Source: Convolutriloba macropyga (Eukaryota). Taken from it: a stretch of 64,000 bases of DNA. Positions within the stretch are counted from its first letter, which is position 1; each line of letters begins with the position of its first letter. Shown one piece after another: positions 1-14,339 of this stretch. A program made the translations under genes and the position numbers. The DNA lies in assembly GCF_964194025.1 (NCBI RefSeq), contig NC_134482.1, positions 1,240,001 to 1,304,000 on the forward strand, given 5' to 3'. The notes under the pieces are model-generated. The model made no database searches. It saw only the letters and a program-made list of their open reading frames with translations, and was not told where the DNA came from.

Positions 1-719
1 CAATGAAATTCTTTTAACCACCTTGACCTTTAACCACCTTGAGTTAGATCAACTTTGTTGCTGGCGCTGAAAAAAATGGTCTCATTTTGTTAAGCTGTCC
101 AATTTAATGAATGTTAAGTTTTATAAGAGCCCTTTATATGTTTTCACCACTCCAAATAATATAAACAGGTAATCTTTTTAGTGAGGTAAAAATGGTTTTC
201 TATTTTCTGCAAACTAACCAATAGCAATTCTTCCTGTTAGTTAAAGGTTCTGTGAGAGTATACTTTGCTAAATTGATGACATTTGGGGAATTTGTAACAA
301 GAAAAATGGAAAAAGCTGGCATTTAAGAGAAAAACCAGGAAAAATGTTAGCTTTTTAAACACTGTCAACGTTCTGAATTAATAGTTGGTTAACTTTGATG
401 CACTTTCTCCAATTCATTCAATATTGCTTGAATCACCAAATTACAATTAGTCGAGTAAATATTATATTTTAGAAAACAATTAAATGATAAAAATTAGTCG
501 CTTATTTACATGTTACTCCTTGCGTGTAAACTGATCGCTGCATTTTGTTTTTTTTTTAAAATTACCGTCTCTCTTTGTTTAATATAATTTTTGTTTTGCG
601 ACTGGTTGCTGTTGTTGATTTTTAACTTTTTAAAAATTTGTTTTATCGCAAAATAATTGACATTGCATGTCGTTTTACATCGGTTAAAATCATATGAAAT
701 TAAGGGCTCTGAGATTTTT
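1..719. repeat. Direct repeat, copy 1 (runs off the window start)
   Basis: Near-identical to 2924-3593 apart from small indels; copy 1 has an extra ~50 bp at about 550-600. Confidence 0.95.
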
Positions 720-1230
720 GTTCCGACCCCTCTTGAGGGGGGAAGAACTATATACTCAACTGGTTTTTTTTTGTTCAGTCAATTTTGGCCGATCGCTATA
801 TTCATCGTAGAGAGTTGAGACTGGTATCATAAGAAAGCTTGTCCAGCGTAAAATTTGGAATTAAAAAGATTTTTTGATTTTCGTTTTTAACAGGGAGATA
901 TCGAGGTTTAAACTTTCGAGAAAATAAAGTGAATTCCGTTGAAATCATTCACCTTTTTTCGGAATTTTTGACTAAAATTTTGCCAATTTTGATAAAATTT
1001 AAATTTTTCATGAAATTGTTGTTGATTTTACGTTTAAACACAAAATACATTGTCGGTTATTTACATTGATATTTTTTGTCACAAATTCCGGCTAAAAATT
1101 TTTTCATCAAAAACAGCACGAAATAAGTTTCTTTAGTCCAGTCTGATTAAATTCGCAGGAAATGCACACCCAAACACCACTAACACAATCTTTGTAGACT
1201 GATAAGGGGGCTAATTTATTTTCAACTTCC

Positions 1231-1678
1231 GTGTTGTGTATCAATACTAGGGGGTCCACGGTGTGTAAAAAGCGACCACTCAGTTTTGGCCGAAAATTTG
1301 ATGATCTCTGATCGAGAGACTACGGTATTGGAACAGCAACGCCATGGGGGTCTCTCTCGGTTTCCTTCAGCAAAAACCAAGTTTGTAATACCCCCATCAA
1401 TTTCATCTCTCGTAACGCGGTTATTCATTTAAAGAGCATGTCAATTTTAGCTAACGTCTGTTTACTGCAACTACAATTTGTGAAATGATCTTGCCAAATG
1501 GATTTCTTCCAAACGCTTGTTTCGAGTTCGTCTTCATATAATGTCCCATCGCGCCCAAGCGCTTTTCAGGAAAATTTTAGGCGGATATATTTACAAGTAA
1601 ACGTTTAGAGGTGATCGTTTTTTTACACACCGTGGACCCCCCCCCCCCCCCCTTCTCCCTAGTATTGATACACAGCAC
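1231..1678. mobile_element. MITE-like element with ~45-bp imperfect terminal inverted repeats
   Basis: gtgttgtgtatcaatactagggggtccacggtgtgtaaaaa (1231-1271) is inverted at 1619-1678 (tttttacacaccgtggacccc[Cn]...ctagtattgatacacagcac); the interior is non-coding. Confidence 0.7.
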
Positions 1679-2923
1679 TCCTATTACTACTAGCGAAATA
1701 AACTGGTCAACCCTGAAGTCATCAAGTCACTGAGCAGTTCTCTCAGAGCCTTACTAGTCTGTCCCTACTAGCTATTCCCTGAAAATGTTGAAGCTTCATA
1801 AATTTATAGGTCCAAGGGCAGTTTTTAAAGTTTGGCCCCCTCTCGCACTGCTCGTATAGGCGTAATCTCTGTGAAAAAAAAATAAGGGGTGGATACCTCC
1901 CTTTTTGTCCCGTGTTATTTTTTCCTGGCCCACCCCACATTCTTGTCACCACCTCATAATTGAAGATAAGCACTCAGCCTAAGCTAGCGAAATACAAAGC
2001 CAACTCCTCGGTTATAGTTTATGATATCATGTATTTATATTCATTAATTCTAGTCCAGGTCCAACAATTTGACAGGAAGATTATTGAAACAAAGTGAAAG
2101 CTAAAATTTGAGCGGAATCTTTTGAGACAGGTGAAGAGCTCTTTAATCATGTAATGTTAAACAATGTTCTACCGTCAAGCCTCGATCAATTTTCAGATTT
2201 TTAGATTTTCAACTTAGTGCATAGGATCAGGAATATATTTGATTGTTTTTGATTGCTGTCGAACGATGGCTGAAGCAATTATTGTGAACATGCCTGAATT
2301 TTAAGTAAAATTTTGGCTTATTTTGCTGTTTTTACTTTTTGAGTCACTTTTTCGCCCTTGACCTCGGCATTCGCGTGATTTAATGCTGCATCGCATTCAC
2401 AAGTGCCAGCACTTGAACCCAAATGGTGGCAGGTTTCTACTATTTTTTGGACAATTTATTGGTCCTCCTGACGACGCAGGGGGCAATAGATTAGACGCGA
2501 CATCAAAATTCGATTTTCTTACGTACACTAGCATATAGATTTCTTGACCTGGTTACCGAGAACATTCATTTTTGAGACAAATTTTTGGCTAGTATGGTCA
2601 CAATTTTTGCCTCTTTTAAAATCGCAAAGGGAAATAAACGGATAGAGTTCGTAAACTAAGACGCAGGTCATTTGTCAGAATGATCAATATTCTTAGTCTA
2701 GGTAACCTTATCAAGGAAAGAGGAAAAAAAACCGAACAAATTCGAAATGTATTGTTGATCTTCGTTGCGTCAAATCTTCGTTGCGTCAAAGTACAAAGCA
2801 CATTTTTTTGTTTAAAATTTGCTATACATAGAAGCGCTTCTTCACCTGTTTAGATATTTAATTTTACAGTAGAATAACAGAATAAGAACATAACAGCAGG
2901 AACGGCCAGCGCTTTGGAAAAAA

Positions 2924-3593
2924 CAATGAAATTCTTTTAACCACCTTGACTTCAGAGTTAAATCAACTTTGTTGCTGGCGCTGAAAAAAATGGTCTCATT
3001 TTGTTAAGCTGTCCAATTTAATGAATGTTGAAAGTTTTATAAGAGCCCTTTATATGTTTTCACCACTCCAAATAATATAAACAGGTAATCTTTTTAGTGA
3101 GGTAAAAATGGTTTTCTATTTTCTGCAAACTAACCAATAGCAATTCTTCCTGTTAGTTAAAGGTTCTGTGAGAGTATACTTTGCTAAATTGATGACATTT
3201 GGGGAATTTGTAACAAGAAAAATGGAAAAAGCTGGCATTTAAGAGAAAAACCAGGAAAAATGTTAGCTTTTTAAACACTGTCAACGTTCTGAATTAATAG
3301 TTGGTTAACTTTGATGCACTTTCTCCAATTCATTCAATAGTGCTTGAATCACCACATTACAATTAGTCGAGTAAATATTATGTTGTAGAAAACAATTAAA
3401 TGATAAAAATTAGTCGCTTTTTTACATGTTACTCCTTGCGTGTAAACTGATCGCTGCATTTTGTTTTGCGACTGGTTACTGTTGTTGATTTTTTTACTTT
3501 TTTAAAAAGTTGTTTTATATCGCAAAATAATTGACATTGCATGTCGTTTTACATCTGTTAAAATCATATGAAATTAAGGGTTCTGAGATTTTT
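2924..3593. repeat. Direct repeat, copy 2
   Basis: Matches 1-719. Confidence 0.95.
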
Positions 3594-4900
3594 CAGTTGT
3601 GATATTAAAGAAGTCGTGATTAAGGTTTTTCAGGAGACATCGCTTTAATTTGAACTCCGCAAAACTGATAGTCAGAAGAATTTTTCGTTTAGGAACAAAT
3701 GCTTAACGATGGATAGTTTTCTCCGTTCGTTTTGATGCATGTCAATTACAGATTTTTTAGAATTCTGAGGAAGTTTTAGTTGCAATAGTTGACACTATCG
3801 CGTGTGACTTTGAGAAATATTTTCAAGATACGTTTTTCGGAAGGGCTCTTGCAGGATAGGCGTCAATCATGTATTTAAGCCTGTTTTTAATGTAGAACTT
3901 TAGCTTACATTCTCGGACAAAGCTCTGGCATTGTAATGGAGTCCGGAGGAGCTTTGTTTGTTTTTTTTTACTTGTCAGCTAAATGTTTTGTGTAGCAATC
4001 TAATAATTTATTTTTAACTGCTCCCAAATGAAAACTTTAGCAACTATATGGATCATGTTCTTTGTTATGCATTTTTCAGTTTGATCTTTTTTTCCGCTTC
4101 ACCAATTTCTTTTTTAGTCATTGAAAATAGGATGAACTGGCAAAGCTCGAGGGCATTAAGTATCTGTGCAATTCTTTTAGAGCGTGATTGGTCTTGAAAA
4201 GTGTACGTTTCACTTAAACTGCTGAGCAGCTAAAATTTGTGGCGTCAACTGCGATTTTGGTTGTGTTGGACCCTGTGAATCTATTTGTCCTACGCTTTAG
4301 CTGGCTAAATCAATGCCAGCTTTGCGGCAGTTATTAGATATTCGTGCAATGTAATGTGGATCTGTCATCTGTCGTGTTGATGAAAATCTTAAATAAGGCT
4401 GATCTTCCCGATTTCGAGTATGATGTAAAAGGCGCACGTTTTTGCTTTCCTGGCTTTGGCCTTTCTCCGGCTTTGATCTGAAGTTCTGTGATATTATGTG
4501 TGTACTTTGTTTACGCATCGTTTGCATAGCGTTTAATCAGAAAACCAACTCAATTCTTTTTTACAATACATTGGTTCAATGTTTCCTTTAATTTTTCAGA
4601 TAATTAATTTTGAGCCGTATTTTGTCTATTCGAGGCTTATTGTCAACTTGGAGAATTGCTTATAGCTGTGCAACAACCTAATCTTTTCCTGATACCCAAA
4701 TAACAGTAAAAATTGACAAACATATCTCCGGAACTACACACGAAGTTTCCCTCTTAACCTATAAAATTGTGACATCTGGTCAGTTTCGGAACCAACAGCT
4801 TGGTTCTATCCACACCAATCAGATTATAGCCTGAAACAAATAAGACAGTGATTGAAGAATAGAATCAAATAGAGGGAAAGGAGTGGAGGAAGAGAAGAGA

Positions 4901-5007
4901 ATGTCACGGTCGCCATACGGAGCGGAGAACTACTCTGAGCATCACGAGGATGAGACAGAGTATGTGACTGAGAGGAAGTGTATCTGTCGTCCCTTCAGAC
5001 TAATAGG
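4901..5007 (+). CDS. TMEM47/PERP-like (PMP22/claudin superfamily) gene, coding exon 1
   Basis: ATG at 4901; MSRSPYGAENYSEHHEDETEYVTERKCICRPFRLI(G); GG|GTCAGT donor, phase 2, matches exon 2. Confidence 0.85.
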
Positions 5008-5030
5008 GTCAGTTAGTTTAGACTCATAAT

Positions 5031-5385
5031 TAATTGCTCTTGAACGAAGTTCGTAGCTATTATTGTAAACGTGTTGGTCTTTTTTATGCAAGTTTTTCGC
5101 TTGACCGTTTTTGAGCTTTTCTTCTAGAACATTCTTTGACTTTTTTACGCTTTCGTTCTTCATTTTTGAGTGATCTCAATTGCTTTCACGCCGAAGTAGA
5201 GTCGAATTTGTTTCTAATATAAAATCAGTTGCAGCATAGCAAAAAGAAGGGACTGACAGCCGAGTGGGCAGTTCTTTTGGAGAGTGAGCCGGAGGTCAAT
5301 TGTTCGAATCCCGGAGTGGTCAAATGTATTTCCACCCGCCTGTCGTTCGAGAGCAATTCTTCCGACATTAGTCGGTTTATGTTTA
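5031..5385 (+). mobile_element. Non-autonomous Helentron (HINE/DINE-like), family B
   Basis: 5' aattgctcttgaacgaagtt, 3' subTIR ttcgagagcaatt, 3' hairpin ccgac-atta-gtcgg, then tttatgttt. Related copies or fragments at ~8195-8410, 13015-13110, 15057-15280, 17346-17534 and 35025-35690. Confidence 0.7.
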
Positions 5386-6349
5386 ATTTTGTCACACAAT
5401 GAGAGGGGGCAAGGATGCCTATCTTTTAATCTCGCCCAACGAGAGGGGAGATCATCAAGATTCACTTCCCATTAAAGTATCAAAAGAAATGTAGAACAAA
5501 GCGATGTTAATCTGGGCATCTGATTGAGGTTCAACTGTTTAACATTTTTGATCAACTATGATTGCACCGAAATAGGATTCTCTGAATGTAAAAATTAAGC
5601 TTATAATTCCCAATTGCAGACCAATACCATGCAGACCAATTGTCCTCCTAATGGAGTCTCTATAGCAAATAACAGATATTGCTTAAGCAGAGCAGAGTCT
5701 ATTACAGATCCAAATGAGAACCCAAAACAAAAAAGGATATGATATATTTAGTGCAGTTAACATCGAACTTACACCTGGTTGTAGTTTCAAAAGAAAGACC
5801 AAAAATAAAAAAGCTTCACAAAAAGCCATGATGTCTCACTTTACGAGCGAAGAGAACTCAAACAAGAAGACTCGCATGATTCTGTGCGTGACAAAGAATG
5901 TTCCCAAATTCGCATCGAAAAGCTTACAATGAACCATGTCACTGTATCTGAATTAATATTGTTTAATTAAACATCTAATGAAACGTTGGCTGAGCAAGAA
6001 ATTTTGGGTTATAACAGTTTTTTACCTGAAATTTGAAAAGAATGAAATAAAGGGATCATTTGGGTTTTCTGAGGGAACAAAAAAAAGCCATAAAAACCTT
6101 CATTTACAAAGGAATTATAGATTTGCGCCTTATTGGTAAATTCACTTCGACCTGTATTCGTGGTAGTTTTTTTTGGGAACAGCCTATTTGCACCAATGAT
6201 ATTTTTTTAAGACGCAGCGTTATTTTAAATCGAAGCAAATTGCTTTCTTATTAATCTGAATATGTTGAGGTTAAATTTTACAGCTAGACAAGCAAGTTCT
6301 TCTTATTTTGTCAATTGTTTGCCAAGCACGTCTTTCTAAATGTAGTTTA

Positions 6350-6860
6350 ATGGGAATGAGTAAAAAAGCGAGAGTATTCATATTAGGAAAGCGGCAGCGA
6401 AGGTAAAACGAAAAAAGACTATCCACAATACAAGTCCTGAATGTTAATCCCTTTCGACAATACAAGTCCTGAATGTTAATCCACAGATTGAAAAAGTTAC
6501 TTGACCTAACTACCTGGCTGATTTGATTTCAAAAATAATTTTTGTTTGTCAGTTAAATGAATGAACCTAAAGAATAAAGATAAAAGAGATAAAAGATTAT
6601 TGTAAAGCACTAAAGATGTCCAATTCTTTGTTGGCAAAAAACATGGCAGGAAACTGATCAAGCTTAATATTCTTGTACATTATTTGTTTTTTTTTCGACT
6701 GTTGCTAATGCTTACGGGCTGATGGAGAAGATGTATATTAATTAAAATAAAGGCTTGAAACTAGCCTGTAAATTAAACAAAATTTTGATATTTGGAGAAA
6801 AGGCGGAAAAATTGAGGAAATGAATATCTGCTTGACCAAATCTAAATCAGAGATATCCTC
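6350..6860 (+). pseudogene. Possible decayed P-loop GTPase (G-alpha/Arf-like) fragment
   Basis: With frameshifts it reads KKARVFILG-SGSEGKT (P-loop-like), later QKHGRKLI...YLFFFDCC and NICLTKS; many stops. Confidence 0.25.
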
Positions 6861-9064
6861 TGAACTACAATGCAGCAAATTGAAGGAGGAACCATATAAC
6901 TGATTGTCTGGCTCATTTGGAAACAAGGAGTTTTTAATTTCAACAAAGCAGATGAACCTCAATAGTTTTTTGAAAAAGATCTATTAGCTGTTCCCATTTT
7001 AGATATTAACTTGGTTTTTAGTTCATTGGCATTTTTTTTGCGAGACTCGCTGTAAATAATTTACTACATTACTCAAAAAAATATAAATTGATGCGGAGAG
7101 TTTCTTGAACAGAACAATTTTTTACTATAAGAAAGCATATAGTACCATTATAGAAGCAAATTTGGAACAAACTCACTAATATGGCAAGAACTTGGGAGTA
7201 AAGCTGACAAAATTCGAAAACTTTTCTAAAAATGAAAAAATTGTTAGAACTTTTGGACACGAGAACTGAAACAAGGCTATATAAATCAATAGAGAGCGTC
7301 GAATATTATATAAACTAATTGAGGTCTATCAATTTTTTAGTTTCAGTATGGCATGCATAAAGCAACAGCAGGGACCTTTCTAAAAAATCTCAATAAACGT
7401 TTTCGAAATTAATAAAGCCCGAGCAATTGACGTCTTAACTGATCCAAACTGTTATAACTAGAAGAGACGAAGAAGTTCTGAACAATTGTATGTGCGAACT
7501 TTTGATTCAGAATTTTTGAAAATTAATTGTCTCCATTGAACTGAAAACTTATGGTCCCATTAAATAGATAACGTTCTGCCTCGATAAATTAAGGTGAAAG
7601 CTGCCAAAAATGATTTTTGACGAAACATCACAAAGAACTATGAATAAAGGCATGTAAAAAAACTCGCTGTTTCCCCAAACAAATGGCGTCAGTTATTTAA
7701 CAAAATTTTTATTAGACCTCACCAACTGATTGGCGCAATCGCAATTAGAAGGTGATTATCAGCGAGAGGCAATGAGCAAGTCAACAAATATTTTTGCAAT
7801 AATATGGTTCGCCCCTTAATCTACTTTGCCGATATCTCTAGTGCTGCGGTGTTTTAAAAAAATATTAAAATTGTGTGAGCTATCATAAAAAAAGACGACG
7901 CTGAAATGAATTCCAATCTCATGGAATTTATAATTAGCAACGTATTAATAGCGCATTGATGGTACGACGTTGTTGCTGTTAACAGGTATTTTTTTCACTT
8001 ATTAAGCAGGTTCCCATTTTGAACTAAATCAAACTCAATGGTGAACAATATATGATCGAACTAAAAAATTATGAAATGGTTTTCTCTTATTATATTTTAA
8101 AAACTTGAGATTGCAAATGACAGTGCCTAACGCACAGTTAGTACGCTTTTGTTGCTCGCCAGTCAGTTTTGTCGCCATTATTCATGATACACAAGTTTTC
8201 TTTGCTAAACTGCTTTTATTGTAAACGTGTTTTTATGCAGATTTTTTGTTTGACAGTTTTTGCGCTTTTCTTCTAGAATAATCTTCTCAATTGACTTTTT
8301 CACGCACTTCTTGATTTTTGAGAAAAAAATATCTATGTTACAGCCCCTGAATTTAATTGCCCCTCCTGTCATTCGAGAGCAGTTTTTCCGACGTTAGTCG
8401 TTTTATGTTTGAATGTTTGATAGAAGTCTCACAAGAGATAGCAAGATTTGCTTTTTCCTGCTTCCCAACATCTCAAAACATTAACACAAAAATGGGTCAA
8501 ATGACGAAAAAAAACTAAGCAGCTTTTGAAAGAGGACTAAACATTTGTTTTTATTTTTTTTCTCAAAAACGCAATTTTTGTGTAATTGATTGTGTTAAAA
8601 ATATATAATATAATTGTTATTCGTTGTTAGATACTCTCGAAAAAGTCGCTAGCTATCTTAATTGATCAAAATCAAAACCAATTATGGAAAGTTTTAAGAA
8701 TTGGCCTAAATTGAGGAAACTTTGATAAATAGACCTAAAATATGGCAAAAACTGGTGAAAGAATTACGAAAAAACAACATTGCTGAATTTTTTGTAGCGC
8801 AATTGTGAACACTGTGAGCTTTAATGTGGTACTAGATATGTTGGTGTGGGATGATCTCAAATGATCGTCAAATAGTGTCTAAACAAAAACAAGTGAAGCT
8901 AGCATAAAGTTCTCCCGTTTTTTTTTGTGCAAAAATGGAATAACAATCCTCTTGATCGTAACTGTCGTAAGAAGTGCAGAAGCAAAATTCCGAATAACTA
9001 GATACGTTGAAAATGAGTAGTCTAATATACACTTATTGGTAGATGTGACTGCTGTTTGATACAG

Positions 9065-9189
9065 GTTCATATGTCTGTGTGTTGCCTTGGTCCTTCTCTT
9101 CGTTGCTTTACTGTCTGACTGGTGGGCTCACAGTAAGAATGAGGTCTACTCACAGGGACTATGGACCAGTTGCAGAAAGTCACTACAAG
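9065..9189 (+). CDS. TMEM47/PERP-like gene, exon 2 (TM1 and W-GLW-C claudin-family motif)
   Basis: acag|G acceptor; FICLCVALVLLFVALLSDWWAHSKNEVYSQGLWTSCRKSLQ; G|GTAAG donor, phase 1. Confidence 0.92.
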
Positions 9190-9897
9190 GTAAGGGTTAT
9201 CCCATCAATTTACTCGACTCCCACTTTTGAATTGTTTCCTGTTTTGATATTTTACTACTATGGAATGGAAGACCAAGGGGTAGAGATCTTGGAGCCTCTC
9301 ACTTCATGCTAAAAATTTGCCGAAGTGTTAGCAAAGTTTTGTTGCCTGCGTATTGCTGTTTCATTATGACAGCAATCTTCATCTTATTTTCATGATTGGG
9401 CATAAAAATTTAAAAGCTTTCAAAGATACGACGTATCATAGTCTGCTTGTATATATGATATCGGTGACATCCATTGATCTTATTGGAAGTCGTTAGTCAA
9501 AAATAAGTTTGTCTTGAATAAATAAAACTTATCAACTTGGTCATTTTTTCGTCAATATTTTTTCTGCTCAGTTCATATTAATTCTTGTTTACATTTTTAT
9601 ATCACTTTGACAGTGTCTGTGTTGGTAATATCTATTCGTCTAATTTTGGATGTGGGTTGTCGCAGCACTGCATCTGGTGCAATCTGATCACGTGTTCCTC
9701 TTCTTTCAAAATGGCCGTCACATTCGCTCTGTCTAGCTCATTCTTCCTCTCGTCATTGTATCCTAAAAACAATGGAAATGACCCCACCCACCCACAGAAT
9801 AACATTCAGTGTCTCTTCAAATCGTGGCTCATTTAACCCCATTATCCAATTCGGCTTGCTTAACCATACACCAAAACTTTTACTTCTCATTATTGTT

Positions 9898-10951
9898 TTT
9901 ATAGCTGCGAAGCTGTAAGCTGAGCGGAGCTATATTGCGGTGCTCTTGGTTTTTTACAATTCAAAGGAATTTGAATTGTATTGGGGCGTTGTCTTTTTTT
10001 GAGATCTGTTCACACATTTTCATGATTTTTGAAGTCAAATTGGTGTAGTGATTTTGGTCACGCCGAAACAGGAAATTGAGCGAAAAAGCGAGTGGTTTTG
10101 CGGCGTGAATTTTTTGCTTTAATTTTAAAGTAGAGTGAGAAAACGGTGTTTGAACAAAAATTCTCTTTCTCGCTAGTGGTTTTTTGTTCACATGCGGCAA
10201 TTTCACTCTGATTTTTGCTGTTTTTTCAATTTTTTGGATCGGATTTTCTAAATGGTTTTCCCGATCCATTCACAGCTCATTCTAGACCTAGTTTTTTGTT
10301 TGAATTAAATTTTCATTTCTCGCTAGTGGTTTTTTTGTTCACATGCGGCATTTTGACATTGATTTTCTGTTTTTTCTTATTTTTTCCATCTGATTTCTTT
10401 TAAAATGGTTTTCTCAATTCACTCATAGTCCATTCTAGGTCTAGTTTAGTCAATGAAAATTCTTTGAATTGTACGTCAGGACTTGTCCTGCTATGTTTTT
10501 GTTTCATCGTCTGACGCTTTTTTTTTCGTTTTACATATGTTCACACCTCAACGCCTCAAATTTTCTGAATGACTTCTTCCTCTCACTAACTGCTTTTGCG
10601 CGCGTGGCGTCATTTCTCACTCTCTCTAGCAAAAGTTTTTCGCGTGATTAGATTTTGATCATAATTGACTTACCTCACTCAATAAAATAACTTTTGCACA
10701 TTAAAATTTAAGTTTATTTTGAATTAGTTTAAGGTCAAAGTAACTCATATGTGTAATAAGGGTCCCTAATGAAAAGGCTTCTGCGTAATGAATTTTAACA
10801 AGCTTTTTTAATTTATCATTTTCTTTTTTTACATAGCTTTTTGAGCGGCGTCGATAACTTTTTCAACTTAGATCTGTATCTGTTTCTATCTCTATCATAC
10901 GGCACGTAAGTCTATTCTTTCGCAGCTATTCCGGCAATCTGCTTGCTATGT
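9898..10951 (+). mobile_element. HINE-like element, family D
   Basis: 5' atagctgc...gagctat, 3' gcagctattccggcaatctgcttgctatgtt; internal blocks are shared with 21833-22759 and 32973-34645. Confidence 0.7.
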
Positions 10952-13900
10952 TATTAAGATGTGCATCCATCCAGGAAATGCAAAAAAATTGTCTCATTTT
11001 GTAACAGTTGTCATTTCATAAACAGTAGCCTTTGTGCCATAGATGTCTGTGTGTCACCATTTGTCACACACGTTGTTGGATTTTCTTTTGAAGTAGAAAA
11101 CAAAAATATGGCATCCAGAAGTGTTCGGTGTAAACATCTACTGAATGAGGAAACTAAGTCAGGTATCATAATGGAACATAACTTACTATTTCTATTCTTC
11201 TTTTTTAAATCTGAATACATGTAAATTAAACTAACCACTTGGTTAATTTTACATGTTAGAAATTTATTAATCAAACATTATTATTTTCTAATTCATAACA
11301 AATTAAGGTTCGGTTTTCTTAAAATAGTTTTGATAAAAAGTATGTTTGAATCTTGCAACCCTTCTGTCTATTGGAACTCTTTCGTGTCGTTTAAGCATTT
11401 CCGCTGTAACTTTTTGTTTAAATTTGGTCTTCGACGTTCCTTTTCTAATTGTAATTGGACGTGTGTTCCATTTTCGAATAAAGTTACGAACATTTGAACC
11501 AGTACTCCATTTTGACTTACATTTTTGTTCTAAGAAAAAGTTATGGGTTCGTTTGTTTACAATAATTGGCACATTTTCTAAAAATCTGAAATGTTTATTG
11601 GAGCGATTTCTTGCTTTTTGGAGAATTTTGAAAAACCTACTTAATGACAACCGTGTTATTTGGAGCTCTCCTGGAAGAATTTTAGTCTCCAGAAGTAGAT
11701 CTCTGGCAATATCGTATTTGGTTTTCATAAAGCAAACTTTTATGCCCCAGTTTATCTGTTTGTTATTTCTGTCAATAGAGTAAGATGGTAAATTTTGAAA
11801 AAAAAAATCGCACTAAAATCTAAATGAGACAAAACTAGTGATTTAAAAAGATTTATTCTTGTTTTTAACGGTACCTGATAACGAACCAAATATAATGATC
11901 TGATTGCTGAAGCCATTTAACTGATAACCTTATTTAGTTGATTTTGGTATGTCAGTTCGCTATCAATTATATGTCAGTTCCCTATCAGTTCCCTTCCATC
12001 GAATATCTTTCCACTCTCTTATAATTTTGTGTAGTTTTTTCTCAGGATGTATTTTGTAAGTCGCAGAGGATTTTTCCAGAAACAATGCAAAAATAGTTCA
12101 GTCGTATTTCAATTTTTCTGTCAGTACTGTTAGAAGTTTTTATATCAGTCTTGTGGTCTTGTTTTACGCAACTTTTGCTCAATCAATTTTTTGTATGATC
12201 AGTTTGCTTTTTCAAGTGAATTTTTTATGCTTGATTTTGGCGTCTTTAATTGCTGTACATTCAGACTTAAAAGCAGTTGAACTTAATTGCGGCAGCTCAC
12301 TACTAAAAGTCAAATAGAAAGTGTGGTTTCAGTTTTCATTTTAAATTTGAGAATTGATTTATAAGCTCTAAAACATCCGTAGTGATAATATACCCCTCCT
12401 GTGGCTAATGTAAGGAACAATTGACCGCCCGCCTGTCGTTTGAGAGAAAATTGGATGTTTTTGCAATTTTTCAAAGATTTTTTAATGATATTGCGTTTGT
12501 TTCGTTGTGCAAAATATGCCAGAGTGTACTATAAATCCCGTCCCTTTTTCTAAGGATCGTTGTTACTCACTGTCCACAATGGGTTTTCTGATCTCACTGA
12601 ACTTTACTGCGTTTTCCCATCTTTGTTGCTTTGTGGGCAAAGTGCAGTTGCGGTTGTTGCAATCAGATCTATAAAATAGCAGTCAAATAGTGGGAGATTA
12701 AAAAAGCATTTTTAAGAAAAAAGAATAAGTAGTCTACAAAGTATGCTACACTACTTCTTTTGGAACTATCGAGTCATTATGGATTGAAAGGTCTGATAGG
12801 TTTAGTATAATTAATAGTACTCAGTGACAAAGAAGAAGAGTCTTTTAAGCTTAATTTGACACGTATGAGCCATTTTTGTATGTCGTGCTTCCGATCCATT
12901 TTGAAATTGATAGTTTTAATTGATGATTGACTTGATAGATAGTATTGGTGAAAAAATTTGCTGGTACTACTATATTAGAATATACGGAAAGCGTGTACTC
13001 CTTAAAATTATTTTAATTGCTCTCGAACGACGTTTAATGCAATTATTGCAGTCGTATAATCCTGATGCAAAATCGTTTGAGAGCAATTTGGCCGACAATA
13101 GTGTGTTATGTTCATTTTCTGGCAGACGTGATCCCCTTCGCTAGTTATATTGCGGACTTCTGAAATTGAGGATATATAATGTATCTTACCAGACATTTTT
13201 CTGTTTTATCGATATGTTTATCGCATTTTTACTGTTAATAAAATTTTGTCATGAAATCAATCAGAAGCTGTGCGCATCTTTCATCTTTATCCGCCTAAAT
13301 TTTGGCGCTAAACCAACCTTATTTTAAAAGATACGAATGCTTCCCAATTTGAACAAACATTCATTTTGTTATCAAAATTAGTTAGATGGAGTCCATTAAA
13401 ATGAATAAAAGAAATATAGTAAGATATGGTTGTTTATTATTGAAAAATCAGACTTATTCTATAACACTAGTTCACTAGATCTTTGATTTTCGTTTTTAAA
13501 AAATTACTTTATGATGATATAACACCACTCCTTGAAATTGCGCTGGCGTCAGATCAATTTTAACGTTTAGTTTATTTTTCGCCAAAACTAAGGCTTTTAG
13601 TCATATCCAATAACATATTTGAATTGCTTGTTTTAATGAAACGGAAAGACGTGATTTTTTTCTACAAAGCAAATTGGCCTTAATTTTTTAGCAGGTAGTA
13701 CTGTCTAAATAGAGGTAGACACCACTGATAACTGATAAACTTATTATGGTTTCTCTAGTGCTCTTAGAAACAGATACTGAATCCGTAGAGATGGCCATCT
13801 CTTAATGTTCCAACCTGCTTTATTTTTTGAAAAATAATTGTCGTTGGTTGAGACCAGCTAGTTTTTGCTGAGACCAGCCTACTCGTTCTAACTTAATTGA

Positions 13901-14339
13901 TATGGCTCAAGTCTTTCGCGAGCTAATTGGCGTACAACACTGCCAACGTATAACTCTGCCGATTACTGTTAAGTGTGTCATTCGTTTCATTGCTCTTAAA
14001 CGAAGTTTAGCAATTATATTAGTCCTGTTGATTTTCTTATGCGATTTTTTGCTGGACCAATTTTTCGTGTTATCCATTTGACTTCTCGTCCTTGAAAACG
14101 GGATAAACAGGTAGCGCCCAGCGGGCGTCAAGTTCTCTTAGAGCCTTTCAGCTCAGTAGTCTCCAAGTAAGCGATTCAGAGAATTTGTTTTGGAGACTTA
14201 TACTTTATACTTTTGGTGTGCAGGGCGGTTCTTAGGAGGTTGACCCCACAACGCCCCCCCCCCCCACACACACACACAGACAGCCCCCTCACTTCACCTC
14301 CCCCCTCAAATCCTTACTCCTGCGCATTGTTCAGGCCGT

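Noticed and set aside
9961-10269. Similar ORFs at 9961-10269 and 22168-22530
   Set aside because: The similarity reflects shared non-coding HINE family D sequence; no protein motif.
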